Of a stretch of DNA of 64,000 nucleotides, positions 28,607-41,680 are shown in pieces. A model generated the notes under the pieces. It did no database searches. It worked only from the letters and a program-made list of their open reading frames with translations, and was not told where the DNA came from. The stretch is from contig NIVC01002608.1 of assembly GCA_002269645.1 (NCBI GenBank), positions 1 to 64,000 of the forward strand, given 5' to 3'. How positions within the stretch are numbered: position 1 is the stretch's first letter; the number at the start of each line of letters is the position of its first letter. The DNA comes from Macrostomum lignano (taxonomy: Eukaryota). The position numbers and the translations under genes are program-made.

Positions 28607-31467
28607 GTGTCTGTTAAACAATTGAACGGTTTCCTACACTAATATGCAGTATCATTAAAACGTACATTTAAACATTAACGCTTCACCGCAGCTATCATAC
28701 AGCATTATAAATTAAGCAAGCAATTACGAAGCTAAATAGCTCTGCAAAAAAGCCGAACTTCCGGTGAGAATGCTGCCCGCGTCGATGAAGGGTGCTGCAT
28801 GAATTCTGTGAATATCTATAAAGCCAAAACTGACACAGAAGACTTGAAGACAGGCGGAGAGAGAGAGACGGTGCCCAGAGAGCAGCAGAAGTGATGATGG
28901 TAATTCATATGCAGCCTCTCTAAGCTAGACATTTTGCTATTTACATGCATCAGAACAGAACTTGGTATTGAATCTAGAATTGGCCCTTACGAGATTGCAT
29001 ATCTGCAATCTGCATCCATAGTCATCGAAAACACCCGTAAATAGCCATGTTTTAACGTGTTTAAATACAATTTCTGTACCAACTGCAGAGCTATGCACAG
29101 ACCGTTAGGGTCGGTCCTTATATTCCGTATACATTGCGGATGTCTAAGGAATAATTGGAGACTAGCAGAAGTCATCAATATGAGTTAGCAGTGCAGTAGG
29201 CGCAGACTGTTGCACTCCTACTACCAGAAGCCACAAAGACCTTGATGACTGCTTTGCAAAGGCTTGAGTACAGGCCACCCTAGAGGTCCGGTCCGTTTCC
29301 CCATTTAAAGGGTCCTTTTAGATCGTATGAGGGCGGGATCGGAGCGGCTGACGTGGAGAAAGAGTCTTTATTTTGGAGCCAGCAGAGTCTGATCACTCAA
29401 TCCCCCCAGTTTCTGAGGTTGAAGTGAGGAGTTGCGTGAGCAAAACTGACTATAAATGATGTAGGGGCTTAAAAGCGCTTTATTCACTACTTTGTCTTGC
29501 ACTGTACCCATTCTTCTAATTCTGATGCTATTCGACTTTTCTCGAGAATGTAAGATGCGAGAGTATCAATACTCGTGCAATTAACACCCTTAAGGGCCAA
29601 ACTCCAAGACGCAGTGAAGTGTACATGCCTAACGATAAAAACAGTTAGGGCCGCTGTACACTCCTGTGTGAGTGTGTGCCTGTGCGTATGACTGCGTACC
29701 GCGAATCCGCGCGCTTGTGTGCCTGGGGCCGATTTCATAAAAAAGCTACAAATGTCAAGCGTCAACGACTTTGGTTTAAAAAACATGGGTCCTTACTAGT
29801 GTTAAAAATAACTCAATTTTATGTCCATGCTTGAGACACCATATGAAATCGATCCAGCCTTTAGACCACAGACCATAATTTTAGGATCTGTGTTTTAGAC
29901 ATACTTGCTTTAAAAACGGCCTCTGCATTCTTCTTGGACTTTAATACACAGCTTTAATAAAGCTACAAGAGTCACAGCGACTTGTCAAAAACACAAGACA
30001 AGAGGAAATATTTTTACACAGAAGCATCCAGCTGAGTGCATGTCTATGGACGAAACCTCCAAAGAAGCGCTTGTAATTTATCAAATTACGCTTGTCACTT
30101 GTCACTTGTAATTTGTCCGACAAGTGCTTTATGAAATAAGCCCCTTCTCAGGGGAGTCGGCGGAATGGGCAGTAATGCCTCTCGCCGTAATGGGCAGTAA
30201 AGCGATCTACCTTTGAGCATACGCCAAATATATGTATACCTGCTCATTGTCTGAAATTATAACCTGTTCATTTAACTAAACTAACTAGTTGGTAAGTAAG
30301 CACGCGGATATCAGATAGGTTCCATTCACCTCAGACTGGATCGAGTCCACGCCAGTCGTCACCAGGGACACGCTGCCATAGGAGCGCTTCACGCCGCTCT
30401 CCAGTTCCCTTTGAGCCGATTGATTGATGGAGGGCATGACTGAAGTCACCACTCCCACAGCCGAGCAGAAGATAATGATCAAGCAGAGTAGAACGCAGTA
30501 CTGCGGGTGGTTAAGGGTGGGATTGAGTATCTGGGGATGGGATTGTGTCTGGGGATGGGATTGAGGACCTGAGGGTGGGATTGAGTGTCTGAGGGTGGGA
30601 TTGAGGACCTGATGGTGGGATTGAGTGTCTGGTGGTGGGATTGAGTATCTGGCGGTGGGATTGAGTGTCTGGGGATGGGATTGAGGACCTGAGGGTGGGA
30701 TTGAGTATCTGGCGGTGGGATTGAGTGTCTGGGGATGGGATTGAGGACCTGAGGGTGGGATTGAGTATCTGGCGGTGGGATTGACTGTCTGGTGGTGGGA
30801 TTGAGTATCTGGCGGTGGGATTGAGTGTCTGGGGATGGGATTGAGGACCTGAGGGTGGGATTGAGTATCTGGCGGTGGGATTGAGTGTCTGGGGATGGGA
30901 TTGAGTGTCTGAGGGTGGGATTAAGTGTCTGAGGGATGGGATTGAGTGTCTGAGGGATGGGATCGAGTGTCTGGGGGTGGAATTGAGTGTCTGAGGGTGG
31001 GATTAAGTGTCTGAGGGATGGGATTGAGTGTCTGAGGGATGGGATCGAGTGTCTGGGGGTGGCATTGAGTGTCTGAGGGTGGGATTGGATTGAGTGTCCG
31101 AGGGTGGCATTGAGTGTCTGAGGGTGGGACTGACTTTAGCTTAACTTGTATAGCTGGGGTGCACGGTTTGTCTCCAGGTGGGTTTCCAGCTCACCAGAAT
31201 CAAGGTGCAGCGGCTCTTGAGCACCATCCCGGCGCAAGCGCAGAAGGCGGCCACCACCATGATGGATCCCACTGAGATGAGAGTGACCCTGAGCACGAGG
31301 AACTCTTCATCAAGGGTCTGCTTGATCTCCTTTACGGCAGCCTGATCATCGAACAGGCAGAAGTAGATGCCGACCCCGATCAGGACGTCGCCGATGATAA
31401 GGAAAATTGCGTTGGTAATCAAAATGAAGATCCTCAAGCAGCTTTGACAACACTTGCTGACGGCCAT
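26100..31467 (-). CDS. Tetraspanin, 5 exons, ~257 aa
   Basis: Exons 31195-31467, 30330-30500, 27080-27259, 26700-26774, 26100-26174, all phase 0 with GT-AG. TM1 [11 protein letters not shown]2 ...CACAG, TM3, large loop with VDSIQ, CCG and CPSSCC, then TM4 and a short tail. Confidence 0.9.
26276..26581. mobile_element. hAT-type MITE, 306 bp
   Basis: TIRs CAGGGGCGTCGCCA / TGGCGACGCCCTTG; perfect 8-bp TSD ATTTCAGA at 26268-26275 and 26582-26589. Confidence 0.9.
27320..27570. repeat. 47-bp tandem repeat, about 5 copies
   Basis: GGATCTCAAAATGTCGGGTGTCTCTGGCGCCACTAATGA recurs at 47-bp spacing. Confidence 0.92.
27905..28612. repeat. 12-bp GTGTCTGTCTTA array grading into (GTCT)n microsatellite
   Basis: Directly visible; transition near 28372. 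Confidence 0.95.
29725..30144. mobile_element. 420-bp MITE (PIF/Harbinger-like TIRs) inserted into a dispersed repeat
   Basis: TIRs GGGGCCGATTTCATAAA / TTTATGAAATAAGCCCC. The flanks rejoin to match the uninterrupted copy at 56265-56380. TSD is not clear. Confidence 0.75.
30515..31132. repeat. G-rich ~20-bp minisatellite (GGGTGGGATTGAGTGTCTG)
   Basis: Fills tetraspanin intron 1. Confidence 0.95.
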
Positions 31468-31524
31468 GCTCGGTCCAACACGGGGTCTGCCGGGTCTTCA
31501 AAATAAGATTTATAATCTATGAAA

Positions 31525-31950
31525 GTATGATTTATTGATCTGGGATGATTGCTCATGATGACTCTCTATGATTTATTGATCTGGGATGATTGCTCATAAT
31601 GACTCTCTATGATTTATTGATCTGGGATGATTGCTCATAATGACTCTCTATGATTTATTGATCTGGGATGATTGCTCATGATGACTCTCTATGATTTATT
31701 GATCTGGGATGATTGCTCATGATGACTCTCTATGATTTATTGATCTGGGATGATTGCTCATGATGACTCTCTATGATTTATTGATCTGGGATGATTGCTC
31801 ATGATGACTCTCTATGATTTATTGATCTGGGATGATTGCTCATGATGACTCTCTATGATTTATTGATCAGGGATGATTGCTCATGATGACTCTCTATGAT
31901 TTATTGATCTGGGAGATTTCTCATGAATCTATATGATTTATTGAACTATC
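31525..31950. repeat. 41-bp tandem repeat, about 10 copies
   Basis: TATGATTTATTGATCTGGGATGATTGCTCATGATGACTCTC. Confidence 0.95.
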
Positions 31951-32539
31951 AAAATCACTATTGACTATGATTTTTTGATCTGGCAAAACTGAATTACTAA
32001 AAACCGACTCACCGTTGCTAATTAAACTAATTAAATTCGAAAAAATATTCGACACGCACTCGAATTTTACAAAAATCTGGCCTAAGATAATGTAGCAATT
32101 TAAATCGGTGCCATTGATATTAGTAGGAGAGATAACGACTTATTTAGTAAAGCCGGAAATATTTTCACTTTGCAGCAAATTAGCAGAGGAAAATATGGAT
32201 GTTATATTAGCGACTTCTTAAAGCAGTATTTTGAAATAAATAATTTAAACACTATTGAATACCATATGATTATTTTTGCAGTAATGTACAAGCGAAGGCA
32301 GTCGGTAATGTGACTAATAATAAATTATTTTATTTGACAATATTCGATATAATAATAATAAATTGCATTTTTAATGTTTCTCCTAATTAGTGCTAGTTTA
32401 ATACGCTCGTAATAAAGATTGAGTTAAAATACAGTATAATTTATATCAGTCAATTTACAGTTAAAACAACTAGTCAGTTAAAGTAAAGCTAAAAAATTCA
32501 TACTACGGAGCTGTAATGATGGACGGCTGAACTGCAACT

Positions 32540-32980
32540 CTATCTACAGAACCGTAATCATCAATTACAGAACTGTAATAATCAACTACAGAACTGTAAT
32601 AATCAACTACAGAACCGTAATCATCAATTACAGAACTGTAATAATCAACTACAGAACTGTAATAATCAACTACAGAACTGTAATAATCAACTACAGAACT
32701 GTAATAATCAACTACAGAACTGTAATAATAAACTACAGAACTGTAACAATCAACTACAGAACTGTAATGATCAACTACAGAACTGTAATGATCAACTACA
32801 GAACTGTAATGATCAACTACAGAACTGTAATAATCAACTACAGAACTGTAATAATAAACTACAAAACTGTAATAATAAACTACAGAACTGTAATGATAAA
32901 CTACAGAACTGTAATGATCAACTACAGAACTGTAATGATCAACTACAGAACTGTAATGATTATTAACTACAGAACTGTAA
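32540..32980. repeat. 21-bp minisatellite ACTACAGAACTGTAATAATCA
   Basis: Directly visible; each unit contains the inverted pair TACAG-AA-CTGTA. Confidence 0.95.
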
Positions 32981-33539
32981 CAAATGACAAAATATCTGCA
33001 AAATTCAAATACGATGTAGCAAAGGACAATAAAAATTATGAAAAACTTTAAACTACAGTGTAATGAAGTACAAATAAACGGCATCTAATTATACAAATAA
33101 GCAATCGTACTGCGCACACATGTTTTACACAGCTAGCAAAAATGCAAGTTAAAATCGGATGCACTGACGTAAAAAATGAACTAGCAACACGCGGAAGTAA
33201 AAACTCAAAACATAATGCCGGAAATAAATAATTATAATTGATTAATTAGTCCAAATTAATTAAAAAACCCCGAGAAATTCAAATGAACCCAGCATAATTT
33301 AGAAATTTATTAGCTAATTAAATAGACAAAAGGAGGGGAATGAATATCAGAACGAGCACTTTATTATGAAATTTTATGTACAATAAATTAATGAGCATCT
33401 CAAATGACTGATGAAACTTTTAATTACCACCGCAATGTGCCACTAATATCCGAAACCTTAGTAGTAGCAAGCGGTAAAAAATTAAAATTAGGACGAATTG
33501 AGAAACTATTAAATTTCCAAGTTGCTGAAAAAGTCAGTT

Positions 33540-33735
33540 AGCCGATATGTATCGAAAGTATACTTTCGCTTCCTTTTTAGCTGTGAGCCGAAATGTATCG
33601 AAAATACACTTTCCCTACTTTTTAGCAACGACCCGATATGTATCGAAAATACAATTTCTGCTTTCTAGCGGTGAGCCGATATGTATCGAAAGAACGCTTT
33701 TTAGCTGAGAGCCGATATGTTTCGAAAATCGACTG
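33540..33735. repeat. Imperfect tandem repeat with core GCCGATATGTATCGAAA
   Basis: About 5 copies just downstream of the NSD stop codon. Confidence 0.7.
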
Positions 33736-33765
33736 TTTAGAAACATGTAAGCCCGTATGTTCATA

Positions 33766-34584
33766 TTATTGGCAATTCTCTTTGCCGCTGCTAGAATCAG
33801 CTACGGCAGCCGCTTCCCCAAAGCTGCCCAGCTGTTCCCCGGCTTCTCCATTCTCAGCATCCATCTTATCGATATCGTCCTTGCTGTGGTCCAGGCACAG
33901 CAGGGAGCCGCCATCCTCCCCATCACCGTCAGTGCCGTTGTCAGCGCTTTGAGCGAACCGACCATGGGCGTGCTGGTCGCAATAGGAGGCGGTGCAAGCC
34001 GAGCAGAGCCGACTCGAGGGGCCGCCGCAGTCGTCGCAGTGATGCCAGGGACAGATCCAACGGCCGAATGGAGCCTTGGCCAGGCCCAGACAGTCGGCGT
34101 GGTAGGCCTTCGGACACGACTCTTTGCTGCACAGGATTAGCCGGCCTCCGTCGCCGCATCTGGAAGAGATGGGATAAAGGGAGAGAGGAGAGGCGACTAA
34201 TAGGTACTGTACAAAGCCTGTCAGATAATCTACAGAACCTGTCAGGGGGATGGAAAGATAATCTACAGAACCTGTCAGGGGCAGAGAGATAATCTACAGA
34301 ACCTGTCAGGGGCGGAAAGATAATCTACAGAACCTGTCAGGGGCGGAGAGATAATCTACAGAACCTGTCAGGGGCGGAGAGATAATCTACAGAACCTGTC
34401 ACGGGGAGATACTGTACAGAAACTTACAGAAAGTGTCGGGGGGAAACTACACAGAAACAGTCAAAGTCGAAATGCGGGTCGGTGTCGTACATAAACTGTC
34501 AGACAGTCAGACAAAGGTCACCCAAGACTTGGGACTCGAACCTGAAGCACTCGTTTTCGTGAGCCAGCCGAAGTGCTCCGCTGC

Positions 34585-34615
<31 letters not shown>

Positions 34616-37600
34616 GCCCCAGCCGTTGCTAAGGGAGCCCCTTGGGCGACCTCTGCCACGGCCGCGACCCCGACCGCGGCGCCAGACGCCCCGACCTCGG
34701 CGCCAACCGCCGCGCCCGAAGCTGCCGGCATTATTTGGCGTAGACGTCGAGCCGTCTCCATCCCCGGTCTCCATCTTCTCCGTAGCCGTTGTTGAAGTCG
34801 ACGAAGTCATCGATAGACTACGCGGAGGCCCCGACACCGGGTGCAAGCGAGGTCGGCCGCGCGGCCGCTTGCCTCCAACGCCGGGACCGGCGGCGCCGGC
34901 GGAAGCGACAGGCAGCGGCTGTTCCGGCGCGCCGCCCAGAAATCCGGCGCAGTTTTTGGCGCCGCACCGACAGGCGAGTTGGCGCTCGCCGTTGCCATCG
35001 TCGCCAAACCACTGGAAGCGATAGTTGAAGGTCAGCTCCTCGCCCGGCGAGATGTCACGCAGGGCGAAAAGGCCGATGCGAAGGTCGCCGCCTACGGACC
35101 ATTTGCAGGCCTGCGTGGTGCAAGCGGAAGTCTGCCTGTCACTGTACCTGTCACTCACTAATCTGTCAAATGCCTGTCACTAATCTGTCAAATACCTGTA
35201 ACTAATCTGTCAAATACCTGTCCCTAATCTGTCAAATACCTGTCACTAATCTGTCAAATACATGTCACTAATCTGTCAAATACCCGTCACTAATCTGTCA
35301 AATACCCGTCACTAATCTGTCAAATACTTGTCATTCACTAATCTCTCAAATACCTGTAAATATTACCTGTCACTATTCAGTAAAATACCTGTCAACATGC
35401 TGTAAAAAGCTTATAAAAAAGCCTATGTCTGCAGAATACACACAGAACCAGAAGCCAAAACCCCGCACTCACCTGCAAGTTCGGATCGCAGCTGTGATTA
35501 AGGAACCGACTAATATTGCCCCTCGGCCCGGCATCAATAACCCTCTGCTTGTCCAGCGTCAGCATGTAGAACTCCCTGACTCCGGCAGCAGACGCGGCCT
35601 CTAATCGTCTTTGAGCTTCGTCTGGATCGATGAGATCGCCGACGTACTCATTGACGAAGTCGCCTTTAGCGATGGCGGCGCAGGCGCGCAGACCCCAGCC
35701 GCGGCCGTCCGAGGTGCGAAACACCTGCTGGGGCGGGTAGGCTCGGGTGACGAAGCGGCGGTTCTGGCAGCGTTCGCCGGCGAGGCACACGGACGGATGG
35801 CACTCGTAGCTGAGCGCCCGGTTCAGGCAGTTGGCGTCAGAGCCGCAGGGATTGGCGCTGTTAGGGTCGCACTCGCAGCGGGGCAGGTCAGCGACGTCCG
35901 GCTTGATTAGGCGGGCCTGAGGGTCAAGTTATACACCTGCCAATTATCCCAAACACACATACCATTCATACTAAGCACACCTGCCAATCACCCCAAGCAC
36001 ACCTATCAATCATCCAAAACACACCTGTCAATCCCTCAAGCAAACCCGTCAATTATCCTAAGCACAGCCTATCAATCATCCAAAGCATACCTGTCAATCA
36101 TCCCAAGCACACCTGTCAATTATCCAAAGCACACCTGTCAATCATCCCAAGCACACCTGTCAATCATCCCAAGCACACTTATCAATAATCCAAAATACAC
36201 CTGTCAATCATCCAAAACACACCTGTCAATCATCCAAAACACACCTGTCAATCATCCAAAGCACACCTGTTAATCATCCAAAACACACCTGTCAATCATC
36301 CCAAGCACACCTGTCAATCATCCCAAGCACACCTGTCAATCATCCAAAGCACACCTGTCAATCATCCCAAGCACACCTGTCAATCATCCCAAGCACACCT
36401 GTCAATCATCCCAAGCACACCTGTCAATCATCCAAAGCACACCTGTCAATCATCCCAAGCACACCTGTCAATCATCCAAAGCACACCTGTCAATCATCCA
36501 AAACACACCTGTCAATCATCCAAAACACACCTGTCAATCATCCAAAACACACCTGTCAATCATCCCAAGCACACCTGTCAATCAAATCAACTCAAGCACA
36601 CATGTCAATCATCCCAAGCACACCTGTCAATCAAATCAACTCAAGCACACCTGTCAATCATCCAAAACACACCTGTCAATCACCCAAGCACACCTGTCAA
36701 TCAAATCAACTCAAGCACACATGTCAATCATCCCAAGCACACCTGTCAATCAAATCAACTCAAGCACACCTGTCAATCATCCAAAACACACCTGTCAATC
36801 ACCCAAGCACACCTGTCAATCACCCCAAGCACACATATCAGAACACCAGTTGGTCAATAGCATAGCCTCCAACAGCTATTTTAACCACAGTAATAAGACA
36901 AATATTACGTTGCCAATAGGAAAGTTGACTTTAATCAACTTAAACGGCGGCGGTCGCCTCGGCTGCTGCTGCTTGATCAAACGCCGCCCCGCCGCATTGG
37001 AATTATTATCGTCTTCATCGTCGGATGTTGTCGTCGATGACGATGAATTATCGAAGCCGTTGTCTGCCGCTGCTGGCCGACGCCGGTACTGGCGCGGCAG
37101 CAGAGCGGCATCGGCGGCGCGTATCCGAGCGGAGCGCAGCGAGTCCCGCGCCGCTCTGGCCAGCTGCACCGCCTGTCGACGAAGCACTGCCACTTTGTCG
37201 TCTCCTTGATCGTCGCTGCCGCTGTCCCCGCCGAGGCAGGCTTCGGCGAGGTCGAAGTCCAGCACTTGACTCCGTGTGATCCAGAGGACGCCTTCAGCTG
37301 GAACTCCGGGCAGGTCGCTAAAATCGCTGCTTTCGTCGCCAAACAGACGAACGGAGAAGCCGAATTCTTCAACGACAGCCGACGAAGGGGCGGCGGTAGC
37401 CTGCGAATTCGGGTGGAGCAGCTCGGCCGGCCACCAGCTGTCCGGCGAGGCCGGGAGCTTCGCCCAGACGATGTCGCCGTAGCGAGGTGGCAGGCGGCCC
37501 AACGGGCGACAGTCTGAGCAGACAAAGTTACCCGCTGTCACCGGCTCAAGGCCGTTGGGCAGACAGGCCAGATGGTAGGCAGCTGGACAGCGGAGACAGC

Positions 37601-40600
37601 GGAGCAACGGCGGTTGCGGCGGCGGTGACGGCGTTGAAGAAGCGACATTGGACGACTTTCGCCGGGAACTGCCGCAGCTGGGCTTGGCGCTGCCGTTCTC
37701 AGCGACAGCAGCGGAGCTTCCGTCGCTTTCCTCGCCGCCTGACTGGCAGCAGGCGAGGCAGCGGTCCAGCGTCGAAGGATCTCCGACTTTGGAATGCGCC
37801 GGACAGACGATGTAGCCTTTGCCGGAGCCGAGAAGACGGCTGCCGGCCGGAAGGCAGCGCTGGCCGGCGTGGTAGGCGGCCGGACAGCGGACGCAGCGAA
37901 GCAATCGAAGGCGAATGCCGTTGCAGGAGCCGATGGCCTGGCAATAGAGGGACATGGGTTCGATTCTGAATTGGGATTTGAGGGCGATTCTGAATGGGGA
38001 TTTGAGGGCGATTCTGAATGGGAATTTGAGGGCGATTCTGAATGGGAATTTGAGGGCGATTTTGAATGGGGATTTGAGGGCGATTCTGAATGGGGATTTG
38101 AGGGCGATTCTGAATGGGAATTTGAGGGCGATTCTGAATGGGAATTTGAGGGCGATTCTGAATGGGGATTTGAGGGCGATTCTGAATGGGGATTTGAGGG
38201 CGATTCTGAATGGGGATTTGAGGGCGATTCTAAATGGGGATTTGAGGCCTATTCTGAATGGGGATTTGAGGCCGATTCTGAATGGGGATTTGAGGCCGAT
38301 TCTGAATGGGGAGTGAAGGGTCATTCTAAATGAGGATTTATCTAAAATGCGACCCTGAATGGGGATCCTATGGATAGAAGAGTAATAAAGATTCCAGAAA
38401 AAGATCTAGTGGAGTATTAGCTGTCGGAATGCCAAGTTTTGCATTGAAAGTGGGAGAATGGAGAATTCAAAATGGTGCCAAAAAGCCCTACCTGGTCAGG
38501 CGGTCCCAGCCGGCAGGTGAGGCACTCGTGCTGCGGGCACACCAGACCGCCGCCCCCGTCTCCGGTGGATCCTCTGCCAGTCCGCCGGAACCCGGAAGCC
38601 GTGCCGGAGTCGCCGCCGACGCTAGCGACGCAGGCGGTGTGGTACACCCGGCCGCAGCCGCGGACTCGGCACCGGGAGACGGCAGCTTTACCGTCGTCAC
38701 CATCGCTGACGGTTCCGTTTGGGATAGCGGTGGAGTTGCAGAGGAAGCACCTGGAAGTTTAGGTTAAAGCATTATTTGTATTTCCGGTACATAGTTTCAT
38801 GCACAATACCTGACTCTCACTGACTGACAATGCTAGAATCTCACTGTCTGACAATGCTAGAATCTCACTGTCTGACAATCCTAGAATCTCACTGTCTGAC
38901 AATGCTAGAATCTCACTGTCTGACAATGCTAGAATCTCACTGTCTGGCAATGCTAGAATCTCACTGTCTGACAATCCTAGAATCTCACTGTCTGGCAATA
39001 CTAGAATCTCACTGTCTGGCAATACTAGAATCTCACTGTCTGACAATCCTAGAATCTCACTGTCTGGCAATACTAGAATCTCACTGTCTGACAATCCTAG
39101 AATCTCACTGTCTGGCAATACTAGAATCTCACTGTCTGACAATCCTAGAATCTCACTGTCTGGCAATACTAGAATCTCACTGTCTGACAATACTAGAATC
39201 TCACTGTCTGGCAATACTAGAATCTCACTGTCTGACAATCCTAGAATCTCACTGTCTGACAATGCTAGAATCTCAATGTCTGACAATCCTAGAATCTCAC
39301 TGTCTGGCAATACTAGAATCTCACTGTCTGACAATCCTAGAATCTCACTGTCTGACAATGCTAGAATCTCAATGTCTGACAATACTAGAATCTCACTGTC
39401 TGGCAATACTAGAATCTCACTGTCTGACAATCCTAGAATCTCACTGTCTGACAATGCTAGAATCTCAATGTCTGACAATGCTAGAATCTCACTGTCTGAC
39501 AATGCTAGAATCTCACTGTCTGACAATGTAAGAATCTCACTGTCTGACAATGCTAGAATCTCACTGTCTGAAAATGCTAGAATCTCACTGTCTGACAATG
39601 CTAGAATCTCAATGTCTGACAATGCTAGAATCTCACTGTCTGACAATGCTAGAATCTCACTGTCTGACAATGTAAGAATCTCACTGTCTGACAATGCTAG
39701 AATCTCACTGTCTGAAAATGCTAGAATCTCACTGTCTGACAATGTAAGAATCTCACTGTCTGACAATGCTAGAATCTCAATGTCTGACAATGCTAGAATC
39801 TCACTGTCTGACAATGTAAGAATCTCACTGTCTGACAATGCTAGAATCTCACTGTCTGAAAATGCTAGAATCTCACTGTCTGACAATGTAAGAATCTCAC
39901 TGTCTGACAATGTAAGAATCTCAATGTCTGACCAACCTGACAGGCAGGCCTTTTGTGCAGCTGCCGCAGGCGCCGCCCTCGCACACGCTGGCCAGGCACC
40001 GGGAGTGCCCGATTCGGCCGCATCGATTCGGACAGGCGGCCACCGCGGTGGCGTCACCGCCTCCATCCTCGGACACGGCGTCCTCGTTGCTGTCGGCGCC
40101 ACTGGAGTCGGCGGCGGCATCGCCGGCCTCCCTTTCGCAGACGTCGCAGACGTTGGGTGCCGGCCGGACGACGCCGCGGGGCGCCAGCGACAGGCGATGA
40201 AATTCCAACGGCGGCCCAGACTGGTCCTCTGGTTCTTGGCCGCAGCCCCGGCCGCCGCCACCGCCGGCGCCAGCTAATACGGCGTCAAACACAGAGTCAA
40301 ACAGGGCGTCGGAGTCCTCGCCGTCGCCTTCGCCGGCTGGTGCAACTGCGGCCGCGGAGGCCGAATTGTTGGCTGCAGCGGCGGCGGCTGCTGCTTGCTT
40401 GCAGGCGGCCTTCCATAGCGGGCGAATCCGCCCAGGAATGCAGAAATGCTTTGGAGACTGCGGGGTTGGTGAGGGGTGTTGGGGCGGGATAAAACTACAG
40501 TTGCAGTCCGCTTGTAGGTGCACAAACTGCAACCTCTCTCAAATGTACACAAACTGCAACCCCAGATGTACACAAACTGCAACCCCAGATGTACACAAAC

Positions 40601-41339
40601 TGCAACCCCAGATGTACACAAACTGCAACCCCAGATGTACACAAACTGCAACCCCAGATGTACACAAACTGCAACCCCAGATGTACACAAACTGCAACCC
40701 CAGATGTACACAAACTGCAACCCCAGATGCGCACAAACTGCAACCCCAGATGTACACAAACTGCAACCCCAAATGTACACAAACTGCAACCACAGATGTA
40801 CACAAACTGCAACCCCAGATGTACACAAACTGCAACCCCAGATGTACACAAACTGCAACCCCAAATGTACACAAGCTGCAACCCCAGATGTACACAAACT
40901 GCAACCCCAGATGCGCACAAACTGCAACCCTAGTTGTACACAAACTGCAACCCCAGATGTACACAAACTGCAACCCCAAATGTACACAAACTGCAACCAC
41001 AGATGTGCACAAACTGCAACCACAGATGTACACCCGATGTCCCATATTAAGAATTCTCACCTTGGAATGGAATGGAATTAGATTGCAATCATCTGGCACC
41101 CAAGAAGTTTCTGCCACTGATCCAAAGAAGCGCACGTGACACAGGCCTGACATAGTAGAGCTAATAGCTGACACATTTCCACCATTGCTAGCATGCTCTG
41201 ACTTCTGTACAATACACGGCCAATATGGACAATCAATGGTTCGAGCCCAGAGGAGGTCGCCAACCTTGTGGCTCTGGTGTTTGCTGCGCTTTCTATCCAG
41301 TTTTAGATCTTAGAAATGGCAAAGACTGGCTTAGTGAAA
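33766..41339 (-). CDS. NSD: NSD-family histone H3K36 methyltransferase (PWWP1, PHD1-4, PWWP2, AWS, SET, post-SET, PHD5-C5HCH); start codon unresolved
   Basis: Exons ~41339-41061, 40457-39937, 38750-38492, 37937-36909, 35916-35473, 35110-34542, 34159-33766. Motifs: VGDLLWAR..PYWP..HVRFFG; GDIVWAK...WWP; FKLIKVNFPIG; GRGWGL...EYVG...RFLNHSCDPN; ELTFNY; CRCGAKNC; CPWHHCDDC. Domain order matches NSD1/2/3. Confidence 0.95.
34222..34410. repeat. 31-bp minisatellite AGATAATCTACAGAACCTGTCAGGGGCGGAG
   Basis: NSD intron. Confidence 0.92.
35140..35400. repeat. 22-bp minisatellite CCTGTCACTAATCTGTCAAATA
   Basis: NSD intron that splits the SET domain. Confidence 0.9.
35935..36835. repeat. 21/22-bp minisatellite AAGCACACCTGTCAATCATCCC
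   Basis: NSD intron. Confidence 0.95.
37965..38330. repeat. 24-bp minisatellite GAATGGGGATTTGAGGGCGATTCT
   Basis: NSD intron. Confidence 0.95.
38815..39930. repeat. 24-bp minisatellite TGTCTGACAATGCTAGAATCTCAC, about 46 copies
   Basis: NSD intron; starts a few bases from the donor site. Confidence 0.97.
40520..41035. repeat. 24-bp minisatellite CAAACTGCAACCCCAGATGTACAC
   Basis: NSD intron. Confidence 0.97.
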
Positions 41340-41680
41340 CTGAAAACAATAGAATATATGGATAAATTACCACTATTTATTTTACAATTTAAGTTCTTAG
41401 CTTTTGAATTTTGCTAATTAATTATTAGCTAGAGATTGAATTGGAAAAAAACTTTTTGGGACTAGGAAGCTTTTGGGGGTTGGTGAGATGTCAAGGGTCA
41501 TGGAATGGGTTGCTAAGATGCATGCTTGGGCGCAATCTTGGGATTCACTTGGCATACATGCGCAACCTCCAAAATTCGGTCGGCCGTGCAACCTAGTTTT
41601 AAGAAAAATGCGACATAGTTTTTGGCCAAAAATGCGACTTACATGTAAAAGAAACCCTAAAACAAAACTAACGTAACTTT

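Noticed and set aside
27320-31950. 47-bp and 41-bp regularly spaced repeats resembling CRISPR arrays
   Set aside because: Head-to-tail copies with no unique spacers, no cas genes and a eukaryotic context
36876-41139. Repeat-encoded ORFs (SPFRIALK, LSDSEILA, CTQTATPD and similar) appended to NSD exons
   Set aside because: Canonical splice sites exclude these arrays, and the spliced domains align with NSD without them
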